NCBI GenBank assembly: GCA_047495785.1
Contig: JBLDXI010000013.1
Span: 4,340,001 to 4,404,000 of the forward strand
Direction: 5' to 3'
From: Lepidodermella squamata
Taxonomy: Eukaryota > Animalia > Gastrotricha
DNA: 64,000 nt
Shown here: positions 1 through 11,851 of the stretch, piece after piece
Position numbering within the stretch: the first letter of the stretch is position 1
How the letters are laid out: the number at the start of each line of letters is the position of its first letter
The notes under the pieces: model-generated
Told to the model about the DNA's origin: nothing
What the model saw: the letters and a program-made list of their open reading frames with translations, nothing else
Database searches by the model: none
Translations under genes and position numbers: made by a program

Positions 1-2292
1 GCCTCTTGAACAATCGCTTCAGACTCAGTATCCAACGCAGACGTGGCTTCGTCGAGCAAGATTATTCTAGGGTTCCGTACAAGGGCACGAGCAATGGCAA
101 CACGCTGCTTCTGCCCGCCACTCAACTGGGCCCCATGCTCGCCGACCATTGTTTCGTAGCCTTGGGGTAGTTTCGTAATAAAATCATGAGCGTTCGCCAA
201 TTTCGCCGCGTTTTCCACATCTTCACGGGTGACATTCGGGTAGCCGTAGCGAATGTTCTCGAAAATCGTTGTGCCGAAAAGGACTGGCTCTTGGCTGACG
301 CTGCCTATCATCGATCGGAACCAGAAAATGTTGTAATCGCGTAAATCACTGCCATCGACGAGAACAGATCCAGACTCGGGATCGTAGAATCGTTGAAGCA
401 ATTGGATAACAGTAGATTTACCGCAACCACTCGCCCCCACCAATGCAACAGTGGTACCCGGCTCTACGGTTAGCGATAACCCTCGCAAGATTTGCACATC
501 AGGACGGGTTGGGTAGCGAAACGAAACGTTCTTGAATTCCATACGGCCTTTGAAATGAGCGTGATCACGCTTGATCCCTCGCTGTGAGAAAGCATCGACC
601 GGCGGAATGCGATCGATAATTTGAAATACGGAGTAAGCTGCCGAGCGGGCAGATGTCAGGGCCTGTAAACCGGTGACCGACATGCCAATCGAAAACGTAC
701 CCACTATAATCGCGAAAAAGGTTGTAGTAACTTTTCCAATTTGGTACCCGCTCTCTTTGTCATTTATCAGCGTGACACCGTAGGAAAACCCTACAGCGTA
801 AGAGCAGAAAATGATGAAAAACGTAAGACCCATCATTGCTCCAGCCAAAGCGCCTTTTTTAGTGCCAACAATTCGAGCGTCGTTCAGATTTGAGGCGTAA
901 CGCTCAACCTCACGAGGCTGGCCCCCGAATGACGCGACAGTACGAATCGAGCCAAGAACTTCCTGCGCTATCGAGCCAGCTTTCGAATAGGCTTCTGTCT
1001 CGTTTTTAGACTGTGTGTAAGTAAATCGAACCATCAGAATGCCAGCGAGGGCAAGCAGAGGCGACAAAGACAGGATGACCAAGCTGAGTTTCCAACCGGT
1101 GATGAAGCCGACAATCATGCCGCCGGCGAAAGATCCGACGGTTTGAATGAACAACGCAACTTTGTCCCCCATGCCTTTCTGCATAGAGACAATGTTCTCG
1201 GCGAATTGAGTTGTCACAGCTCCGCTGGATTGTTGATCGTACCAGGCAATGTCCTGTCGCAGGAGATTTCGAAAAAACGCCTTCCGAATGCGCCGGATTT
1301 GAAACTCGGCGGCAACGTTCCAAGTCGCCGATTGGATGTAGCCGACAAGTAGTGATGCAGAAGCAATTACTGAAGCAGAAGCATTCAGAATAATCAAGCT
1401 GTCTTTCTATTATAAATGAATGAGACTTACTGATGAAATATTTAATTTGCGCGGTCATATTATCCATGAAAGCTGATTTCATTGCATCGGGGTCGGACAT
1501 GTTTCCAATCGGCAGGATGGATGAATTATTAAAACCGCATCCGCCTATTCCGCCATCTTGCTGTATAGAAAAATTAATACAGTTATAATAGGTAAGGAGT
1601 TTCGATGCGAAATTTACAGCTGGTCCTACGAAGCCGTCTATGACATTGCCGAAAACAAGAACCATTAACGGCAAGACGGCGCCATGAACAAGTGCTGCGA
1701 TTGATCCTGTTAAAAGATTCAACCTTAAACAGTGTTGTTCTCATCCTCAGTGGAAAATGCTTACCAATAACGCATAAGAACCGATCCAGTGGTGACGCAA
1801 AGCGAAACTAAGAGTGAAGAAATGTAAGTTCTACAGCAGTTGAAATAATTTTTAAATAATTTACCAATTCCAGCCATCCGACTGTCGGCTTTTCCTCCTT
1901 CTTTTCACCACCGCAACACAAGAATTTCTTCTTCCCATTGGTAGATTCAGCAGTGGAACTATTGCCTGTTTCAACGTCTATATATTTGTACTCCGTTTTC
2001 CCCCGAACGCCAGCGTCCTCGTCGATTTCTGGCGGTAACAGTTTTTCTGGCATTGAAAACATTAAAATTAAATTCACAGAACATTAATCACAGTTAAATG
2101 TTGAGAAAATTACCTGCTCCGATGTGTTTCGGTTTGTTCACGTTTACAACTTCGTCCCGATCGAACGCGCCGTTTTCGTGAACTATTCAGGTGATGAAAG
2201 TGACAACAAAGTTGTGGGGCTATTATATATTATATCCTACCGTGCGGTTTCATGTCAAGCTTCCCATTGAGCCAACCTTTGTCTTGAGCCAT
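1..2292 (-). CDS. ABCB1: ABCB1/MDR1-like P-glycoprotein, 5' half (TMD1 + NBD1); continues off the left edge
   Basis: GT-AG exons 2292-2241, 2182-2114, 2046-1865, 1807-1765, 1706-1431 and 1369-<1 join in frame. The protein shows FRFASPLD, LVHGAVLPLMVLVFG, Walker A GASGCGKST (~416-442), signature LSGGQKQR and Walker B IILLDEATSALD (~30-125). The first two small exons are less certain. Confidence 0.93.
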
Positions 2293-2615
2293 AACCTTAT
2301 CTTTCCGCATTTTTCAGATGCCTGAAGCTCTATATATTAATGTCCTAAGAAACGTAAAAAAATGTATAAACTGAAATACTTATAGGAACATAGGAATCCC
2401 GCTAGTAAGACTGACCATTCTTTAAATACTACTTCTTAGCTAAAGGGTCCGATATCGAAGTTAGAGGCCGAGAAAAGGGCGCAAGGGAGCTTATTTTAAA
2501 CACATTTTCGGATTTCTCCTAAATGAAATAATGCTTCTGGAAGCTATGCTTCAGCCTTATTATGTTTTGGGACGGCTTGGAGTTATTTATAAAAAACGTA
2601 TATATTTTTATACAT

Positions 2616-2655
2616 TGAGAGAGAGAGAGAGAGAGAGAGAGAGTGTGTGTGTGTG
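2616..2655. repeat. Compound (GA)n(GT)n microsatellite
   Basis: Directly visible. Confidence 0.95.
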
Positions 2656-2684
2656 TCACATGTATATACTCCAGTGAGTACTCT

Positions 2685-3128
2685 CGTGAGTGATCTGTCC
2701 ACCGGACAGGTATCACACAGCTACATGTATCGACAATAAATCTCATAAATTGCCATTTAATGTGACTAAAATTTCGTCCCTATGAATAGCCAAGGTGACA
2801 TTATCCGCGTCGAGGAATCCGAATCTGCATTTATTTTTCCGATTTTTTACGGAAAATCGATAAAAAAATCGAAATTTTGAAGAATCGATTTTTCGAATTG
2901 TACATTACTCTTGTAAATTTGATGATAAGATATTCGGATTCCTCGACGTCGATTCCACCTAGTGGTCAACATGGCTATTCGCAGGGAAGACGGTTTATTC
3001 ACATAAAATAGCAATTTATGCTATATATGTTGTCGACTGTCGACTGTAGGTATAGCATATATAAAAGGCGAACATATATATATAGTAGCTAGCTGTGTGA
3101 TACCTGTCCAGTGGACAGATTACTCACG
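2685..3128. mobile_element. Foldback/MITE-like element with long imperfect inverted arms
   Basis: cgtgagtgatctgtccaccggacaggtatcacacagcta (from 2685) is mirrored by tagctgtgtgatacctgtccagtggacagattactcacg (to 3128). Inner arms cgtcgaggaatccgaat / attcggattcctcgacg also pair. Confidence 0.7.
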
Positions 3129-5460
3129 CACTTGTATTTGCGGCAGTTTTTTGCCTCGCATAGGTAATCTCACCATGCTTCTTTTCTTGCACGCCACTCG
3201 CACTCATATCATAAGTTAGAGGCATGCCACGTGTTGAAGTCTGTCCGCTGGACAGATTAAACGCTAATTTTAGTATTTTCTCAAATTAAAAGATGCGACA
3301 CGCTTTGTGTCTTGTCCGTGCGTTCATTCAACATACCTGTACCTTGAAGAAGGGTATATTTTTCTAAAACGTGTTTTACGAGGTGACCGTTTTTCGAACG
3401 TTAAAAATCAGCCTTTGCTCCTAATTTTCTGAAATTTTCACCAAATGCGAGCAAGATGATTCTCAAATTTACTGCAAATTTTGAGAATTTTATCTGATTT
3501 TTGGCAAATTTAAATGTATTTCTAAGCTTGAATTAATTTGAAAAATTTGTAGTGATCAAAATGGGGGGTTCCAGATCAAAGTCAAGTGTCAAAATGATGG
3601 TCTTGACCCCGGCGAACAATTTAGCTTCAAAAAGTTGTTCGATTTCACCTTATATCCAGGTGTGAACAGCTTCAAAGGACGCTGACTTCTCAGTCGCCTA
3701 TCGACTACTTCTGGGAAAATTTGGTATAAAACAACTGGCCCTCTCTCAGTTTAGCGATGAATCAAAGTCCGACACTGGAACCAGCAATTGGAGCTGTATA
3801 GTATTACTCAATTAGAAAACTATTGACGGTTAAACATGCTGAACATCCGAGGAATAAATGATTTTCACAATTTATTTATAGCTTTATAGATTTCATGTAA
3901 TAAATTTTTCGAAGTGTTTCATTTTATAATAAAACTGATTTTACATGCAGTCAATATCCTCGCCTGATTAAAATGATTGTCATGCGCTAGCTGTTATTGC
4001 TCCGATGGCAATTTATGGCATTTACGATGACTGGATGGACGTCGAAAGCTTATCCATTTTCCAAGTCACGAGTTGAACTCAGACAAGAGCTTTCACAACT
4101 TTTGTTAGATTTTACACAGCCAGGACAAGTCATATTCGGTGGACCTGTAGGTATATAATATAACAAGTGAATATGTATGTTAATCGTATTGTTTAAAATA
4201 TTATCTTACGAATGAACAGACGTGGGCGACGTTCCAAATGTAACGATATCTGCCACAGGCTTGAAGGCTTCGCGAGATTGCCCGGCGGTAGCCATTGGTT
4301 ACAATCACTGCCCTATTATGATAAACGTGTAAAGCACCTTCAATAATGAGTGAAATACGCCGACCTACAAAATACAACACTGATTCTTGTCCGGTGAACA
4401 GATTAATTTAAAAATATAATTTTCACGTACTCATCAATAATTAATCGCTTCATATTTCACGCTGCATTTGCGTTAAAAGCATAGGCTCATCGCGACATAA
4501 TCTGTCCGGTGGACAGAACGCAATTTTTTCTGTTTTTTCACGCACAAACTGCTGCTAACATCAGACGAAGCCGGCATGCCGTATATCAAATTGAATAACG
4601 TGCTGGCAACCGTTTCATGACAATGCGTCATTTTCAGGTTGCCGCTGGTGCAAAATTTTGAAATCCCTCCATCGATTGAATTTCTCAAAGAAATTGAACT
4701 TTTATTATTTGTTTTTTTTTCCTCATTTTTTGAAGCGGATTTGTCAAGAAAATTGTAAAATAGTAACCCCATCGTACAATTACAGAACGGATTTTTGCAT
4801 AAAGGACCAGGACCTCCTATTTGAAGCAATCAATTATAGGATAATTAAATGAAATTGAATAAAATAAAAAATAATTCCAAGGTTGTAAGAAGTGTGTTGA
4901 ATTAAAAATTGCCGGCGGTTGAATTTATGAGCGGATCAATCCCTAAATTCCCAACAACTTTGAAACGCAGTATATTTCTGTGCATTCGAAACTGCGTGTA
5001 TTGAATGACAGGTATTATCCGGAAAATCGACGGAAAACGATATAGGTGAAAATGTCAAAAAAAACAGTCGGTCAAATTGTCACATTAAAATCCAAATTTG
5101 CGCCTGGTTTTAACACCGGATCGTCTTCGAAATGCTATAGACCCCAGGCAATAAAACTCTGTTTCGATGAAGAAGCCGCTTATCAAGTTTAATTAACCTT
5201 AACCTTGAAGTTAACCTTGAACCTTGAATTTACGTCTTCTTTCAATGTTACAATGTAAGTCGCATTTTTGATGTTTCAAATTCGTGTCACGCGACCGGAT
5301 CGTGCGACGAACGTGTGCGCAAAAGAAACCAACGTAAAAACGTCAAAACAATAATCACTTCAAATTCAAATTCACTCGCAATTGATAGCAGACATTTTTC
5401 AAACTTCATTATATCCAGCAAAATATCTCAATTTTTAACACCTATTTCTAATTTTTAAAG

Positions 5461-8400
5461 ATGTTGCGGTTAAATTTTCTGTTATTTATTGCAATCACCG
5501 CAAGTTTTTCCAACTTGATCAATGGCAACATTTTCGAAGATGACGAGGAGGACTTTTATGGCAATGTCATGCCATCAGATGGCTGTTGCTCCCCCGACTT
5601 CATCTTCGTAATCGACATCACAGATAAAATCGGCTTCAGTCCTTACGACTGCGAGGCGCATGTTCGAACTTTCCTAACCGAAATCGTGAAGAAAGCCTCG
5701 CCGAATCACTGCAGCCAAGTCCGCATCGCCATTGTCGAATACGGCACTCAGGCTCGGATTAAATACGATTTCCGGAAATACTCAACTCGTGAGGCAGTTC
5801 TATCAGCTGTTAAGAAATACACAACCGGCTCGAGTTTGGGCGGTTTCAGCAATGCTAAGGCTGGGTTTACCGGCGCACATTTGCTGCTCACCAAACCGGA
5901 ACGAGGTCGCAGATCAGCGAATTCCGCCTTCGTTTTCTGGCTCGTTCATTCGACGCCGTACGATGCTAAAGCCGTTCAGCATTACGTCGATGAATACGTC
6001 AAGCCGGATGCTCACGTTGTCGTAGTCGCTGTTGGTTCAGGGGTGGACTACTTCGCCGTCAGCCCGGTTTCGACTTCTTACCTGTACTTTTTCGAGGTTT
6101 CGCGCATTTTGAGTAGTCAATTTCGAAGAAATAATTCTTAGCTATTTTTTAAGGTGGAAGATATTGTCGATTTGGTGAAAAAATGTTCGGAATTCAGGAT
6201 TAATTACTGCCCGATCACTACAACTACCGCGTATTTTCTCCGAGTTTTTTTCGAATTTTTTCGCGATTTTAATATGTTTCAAGGCCAACTACGACCACAG
6301 CTAGGTCAACTTTTGCGCAGAATACATCTCCGACAACGACAAGGTTTGATACTTGAAAAATTATTGGAATTCTTTTTTGAGAAATGTGTTGGAAAGGACG
6401 ACGACTACGACTACCAGGCCAACTACAACAACCACCACAACGTATAAAAACAAAAAATTTCATTGAATCTCAGTAAATTTTTGGATATCTTATGTCATCA
6501 AACTAGGCGGCCAACAACTACGACCAGGTGAATTTATTTGCGATTTCTGATCATGCTGGTCATTTTTTGCAAATTAGAACTACGACGACGACTACACGGC
6601 CAACTACCACGTTCGTTTTCAAATTCGCCCGCCTGGCAGAAAAATTTGTCATTAAATGCGTTTGATCCAATGCGTTTGAATTTTCAGGACGACAACTCGG
6701 CCGACCACGACCAGTACTACAACGACTACGACAAGGTAAAATTTGAAAATTTCACTTTGTAAGCATCGCAATAGAGCTCAGAATTCGACGGTCGGAAAAT
6801 CGACATTTCACTCGAAAAATAGCTGGAAAATGGAAGTGGGAAATTTCCCAAATTTATTAGAAATTGATTTATTCTAAATTTTAATTGTAATGCCTATTTT
6901 CGTGAATTCTACCATCTACCATAAAAAAAATTGCTAAAATTGTTTTATTTTGTTTTAGGCCAACTACGACAACAACTACCAGGTATTTTTTGCCTTTACA
7001 CGGATATCTTGAAGCGGAACCGATTTGCAATTTGCAATTTTAAGGGCTACAACGACGACCTCCACTACAACTCGACCGACTACGACTACGACTCGTCCAA
7101 CTACCACTACAACGACTACTCGGCCAACTACCACCACGACTACGACCCGTCCTACGACAACAACGACGACAACTCGCCCCACCACCACTACGACGTCAAC
7201 CAGGTTGTCAAGCCAGACTTTATTATCGAGTAGTTTATGTTGAACCTGTTCAATTCTTATTTATATAGGCCTACTACTACTACGACGTCCACTACAACGA
7301 GGTTCGTGATAGAAAATTCCTATATTTGATTGATCAATCATTTTTGTTGATTTTCAGAACTACTCCCACCACGACTGCAAGGTCTTTACTCCATTTTTGA
7401 AATTTTCGGAAAAAACATAAAACATTTCCCCTGCAGCACCCCAACAACTACCACGACCCGAGCACCCACTACGTAAAATTGAGGCTGATAATTTTAAATT
7501 ATTTATTAATGAAATTCCCTGATTTACAGCAGGACAACTACCACGAGAACGACAAGGTAACTACTACATTTCAGAAAATGAATAAAATATAAAATTAAGG
7601 ACTGCCAATTTTATCTAACAGGACAACGACCCCTCGAACTACGTATAATCTTAGTCCCAAAAAGTTGAATAATTTCTTAATATCTTATGCAGGCGAACAA
7701 CCACACCGAGAACGACCAGGTAACATGGTTTTTTAGTCTTGGTTATTCTGGAATTTAATTATTTCTTTAAACGGACTACAACTACAAGAACAACTCGAAC
7801 TACAACGACTAGAACCAGGTTATATAATTTCGGAATCTTTCCTCGTCGATTTTTAATCTAATTATTAAAGGCGTACGACTTCGGCCCGGGACACAGGGTC
7901 TACGCTGCCGAACCCGCCCGTTCCGGCCACTGATTTTTGTTTCGGTTGCCGAAGCCGGCGAAACCACAAGGACCTGTACGCTGACCCTGACGAGTGCCAC
8001 CACTACTATCAGTGCTTCTACTTCAACGAGACCTATGCTATTGGCATTCGTCGCCAATGTCCGGAAGAAACATTTTGGCACGACGAGGCAAGAATTATTT
8101 ACCATAAAAAATTGTTTGAACAAAACAGATGTTTTTAAGAATTTTCAGAAAAATCCTTCTTTGACCTCTTTGATTTGACCCATTTTCTGACAGGTTCTAT
8201 CGTGCATGCCTGAGGGTGATGTACCCTGCGTCGATCGATGCCAATCAGACCCGACTGTCAAGAATTGCTACGCTGGCTCTGGCTGCCGGCAATTCTTCGT
8301 CTGCGCCAACACGGCTTCCTACGGCATGTGCTGCCCTGAAGGTACCCAATTCAACGAAACTTCATGCAGCTGTGAGTCATCGGAAACCTGCGAAGATGCT

Positions 8401-9728
8401 TGCACTCAGGTAAAATCGCGTAAACTCCCAAAGTGGAAGAATTTGCTTGCAATTTTTAAGATTTGTAGAATTAAGAAATAATTTTTTTTAAATGATCAAG
8501 TAACATTTCATTTTAAAATTGATTTATAATTGAAACAATTTCAAGTTTTTGAAATTTTAAAATTTTGATTTCGGATTGGCTCCGTAAAAGCAGGTTTGAT
8601 GCAGCAGAAACCCGCGAAGAAATACGGAATAATTGCGAGAACTTAGCTTGGGAACAATTTTTGCCATTTTTTAGAGTTTTTAATTACATGAAAATTTCAC
8701 TTAATTTAAAAAAAATTGAACTTTTCGAAATAGGCATGATTTTGAGCTTCGATTTATTTTCAGCAAGGTCCCCGGGTTGCCACCACGATTCTGCCAGCTG
8801 TTCAAATCAACTCAACGGTCTGCTTCGATTCTTATGGAACCCACATTTCGATCTCAACCAGCGAAGCTAACGCCTATTACCTCATCGATGAAGACGGCCA
8901 GGCCACCGAGAAGCAATACTGCCCTGACGGCGTCAATTTCGACCTCACAGCTTGCCGATGTGACATTTTCTTCGACGGCGCCGTTGCTCCAATCACCGTC
9001 GTCCGCCGCGCCATATTCTGGGCACCCTTTGACGCTGACACTTACGACCATTCCGTCCACAAATTCTCGACATTTTTATACGACGATATATCACGTGACT
9101 CGTCAGTCGCAGCTCACGGCGGTGGTTCTCTCAGGTGCAACTACGGCCATCTTTCTATCCCAGGCCTCAAGACCTTCGACATGCGTAGCCACGGTTCATG
9201 GTGTTCGTTTTTCCGATGTGAAGATGGCCCTGGGTACCAATGTGGTACCAGCGGCGGTATTTTGTCGAATAACAAGGACGATAGACAGTTTGAGTTCACC
9301 GTCATTCTTGCCAGTGTTGGGAATAACAATTTCACGGGATATTTACACTTCTATCAACCGACTGGGACTCAAGTTGTCACTTCGACCGTCACGGTTCCAT
9401 CAGATGGCTGGAACCATGTCTGCGTCACGTATGACGAAATGGCGATTCGTCTCTACCTTAACGGGGTAAAAAAGATGAATTATTTTAATTTTAATTTTAT
9501 TTATTTTTAATTTTTCAGGTGATCACTGATACTCAATATGTTGGCGGTTATTTGGCGATCGGTCATTGCCCGTACGTGATTGGCCATGATCAACGGTACG
9601 GCTACTTCAAGGGTCACATCGATGATGTCCTGATTACGCCGTTCGCTATGACCTTGGATGAAGTTGAAGCTCATCGACGCGGTGATCGCAACTTCCTGGT
9701 GCAACGCGGCTTTTGGATCGAAAAGTAG
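5461..9728 (+). CDS. Secreted VWA + Thr/Arg/Pro mucin linker + chitin-binding type-2 domains (2 + 1 degenerate) + laminin-G/ConA-like domain protein (Pif/BMSP-like), paralog A
   Basis: 20 exons: 5461-6096, 6154-6230, 6284-6343, 6397-6441, 6507-6527, 6578-6610, 6688-6735, 6959-6982, 7045-7203, 7269-7301, 7358-7381, 7437-7472, 7530-7556, 7622-7642, 7693-7719, 7789(or 7774)-7818, 7871-8087 (GC donor), 8194-8409, 8764-9465, 9519-9728. Signal peptide; VWA DFIFVID..RIAIVEYG; CBM14-like ADPDECHHYYQC..CPEETFW; LamG WNHVCVTYD..LYLNG..FKGHIDD. Collinear with paralog B. Confidence 0.88.
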
Positions 9729-10985
9729 AGCTTCTTCAGCTCAATCTTCGAACTTTCTACTATTGCATTAAAATGTGTCTATTTATCGATTTAGTTATAT
9801 TATCAAAGATCTACCTACTATTAAAGAGTTCGTTAATTTTGATTGCATAATTACTGTTTCAATAAAATTGAAGGTTTCATGTCTCCGTGAATTTTTCTGC
9901 CTGCAATTTTTTCATATGATCCTGATTGGATTCATATACTAGATCCCGGAATCCAAGTTCGGCATGAAAAACAGGAAGCCAAAAAATACACATTTTCCAT
10001 TTGCATTCTGCCGCGGCACAATTGCATTTTGCCGTTCTAATTTTAGGCATGAACTTGTACACGTGAATGATGGCTGTTATTTTTTGCGTCTTCTTCATCG
10101 TCGTATTCCACTTCTATGGCAATGATGGTAACGAATGAATTTTATTGCTCTTGGCACTGGGTAGAGGCAAACAATAAATAATCTACAATTCGCATTTGAA
10201 ATTATTATTTTACAAAGATGCAACAATGTCTTAACAAAAAATGACCTAACGATTTATTTCAGCTATTAAAGATTAGCGGCACAGATTACAACAAACCGCA
10301 TTGAGTAAATTTCTCATCAAGACAACGTGACATAGCTCTGTTCTCATGCAAAATACTAGAGTTGCGTTTTTTATGGTGTCCGCGGGCTAATTATGGCAAT
10401 TAAGACCAGATGACACACATAACTTAGCTTATGCTTTTCAAAGCAATCGTTCAACTTTAAATTCAGAAATATTGAACTACGGATTTTTTGACAAGTTTGG
10501 ATTCAAAATAATCGTCATTTGACAGTTAAAATTGAGAATTTTCGGTAAATTTCGAAAAATTTCAAAAAATCAATATTTCTCTCGATTTTCGCGGATCGTG
10601 CCGACGAAATAAAAAAGGCTTTCCCACGACGTTTGGCTAAAAACTGACGGTATGGCACGTCGTCATAAATTAACGAGGGTCAGATGGCGCTATGTCGTAA
10701 ATTAATTACAACCATGTCTCGATTTGTCAAGGCTTAATCTAATCAAGTCGGGGCGTGATTAGTCTTAGCTGTTTGTCTCTCGAGCTCGGATAGCTCCAGT
10801 CTAATTATTTGATTGTTAGTTCTGTGTTGCGGAGGTGTCCAAAATATTGATCACAGCGTTGAACAATAGCTTCTTGGACACCATAAAAAACGCAACTTAG
10901 GTAGTGAGAGAGAGAGAGATTGGCGTTAACTGTCTTCATGTGAAATGTCATGGTATGCTGTACAGCTCGGATATAAGAAATACTC

Positions 10986-11543
10986 TCACGATTGAAGAGA
11001 AATTACGATTTCACGAGCTTTGTAGTCCAAAACGACCTTACATTGTGCCTTTTCTAAAAACTCGCCTCCTAAGATATTCATATCAGCGAAATGCGAGTTC
11101 AAGGGCGATAAGTAAACCGGGGTTTTTCTGCCCTGAATTGTCAGCATCGTTTGTTCAGGGATATAGCCATCAGATCCCAACACTGCTTCGAGTGCTCGCT
11201 TGCACATATATGTAAATGGCGAGCCGCTATCGACAAAAAAGAAAACATTCTTCTTCACTTTCCTTTCAACAATCAGTGGTACTAAAGGTCGGCGATATGA
11301 GCCCCAAATCATTCCATTCACTTCTTGTTTTGGTTCTTGAAATGTTTCAGAGAGATACTGAATGCCGAACTCTTTCGCAATGTTAGTCTCCAAGTCGCTC
11401 TCATGCAAATCTGTGAGCAAGACATCAAAGTGATTAGGATCGATGAAGTCAATCGGCTCAATGGGAGCGCTACAAAATCACAGTTTTACCTATAGATTAA
11501 AATGCAATTCAAAAGTTTACCTAATAGAGCTTAGATTAGCCAT
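10986..11543 (-). CDS. Stand-alone retropepsin-like (clan AA) aspartic protease
   Basis: Exons 11543-11521 and 11469-10986 with a 51-nt GT-AG intron, ~168 aa. Motifs FFVDSGSPFTY and NILGGEFL. No flanking gag or RT seen. Confidence 0.78.
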
Positions 11544-11851
11544 GATGGTTTTGCGTTCTGACGACAGATAAACAACAGGAGTCAATTTTGAAATAGGATG
11601 TAGTGTAAAAACGCGCGTTGCCTTTGAATGTAAAAACTGGAATAGACAGCTGCCACGCAAATGAAGAAACATGGTTTCTAGAAAAACAACAGCATTAAAA
11701 ATAACATGGCAACGCCAAAAATATGGTAATCGATAACTAGAAGGCGCTAGTTGTAACATGATTCACCAACGAGGCAACGAAACGATTAGAGCACTGCTTC
11801 TAATTTTACAATGCAAATCGCACGATTTCTAATTTTGAGGTTTTCCACTTA

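Noticed and set aside
1006-1722. 238-aa ORF as a stand-alone gene
   Set aside because: It is ABCB1 exon 5 read through an intron into the wrong frame.
3990-4320. Exon-like blocks with short intron-like gaps on the minus strand
   Set aside because: No continuous frame or recognisable motif.
6284-7818. CRISPR-like or satellite interpretation of the repeat/spacer pattern
   Set aside because: The units are variable Thr-coding exons bounded by AG/GT, with no identical repeats and no cas genes.
8777-9469. 230-aa ORF, and the similar 17164-17709 ORF
   Set aside because: Alternative frames of the chitin-binding/LamG exons; conservation between paralogs is in the other frame.
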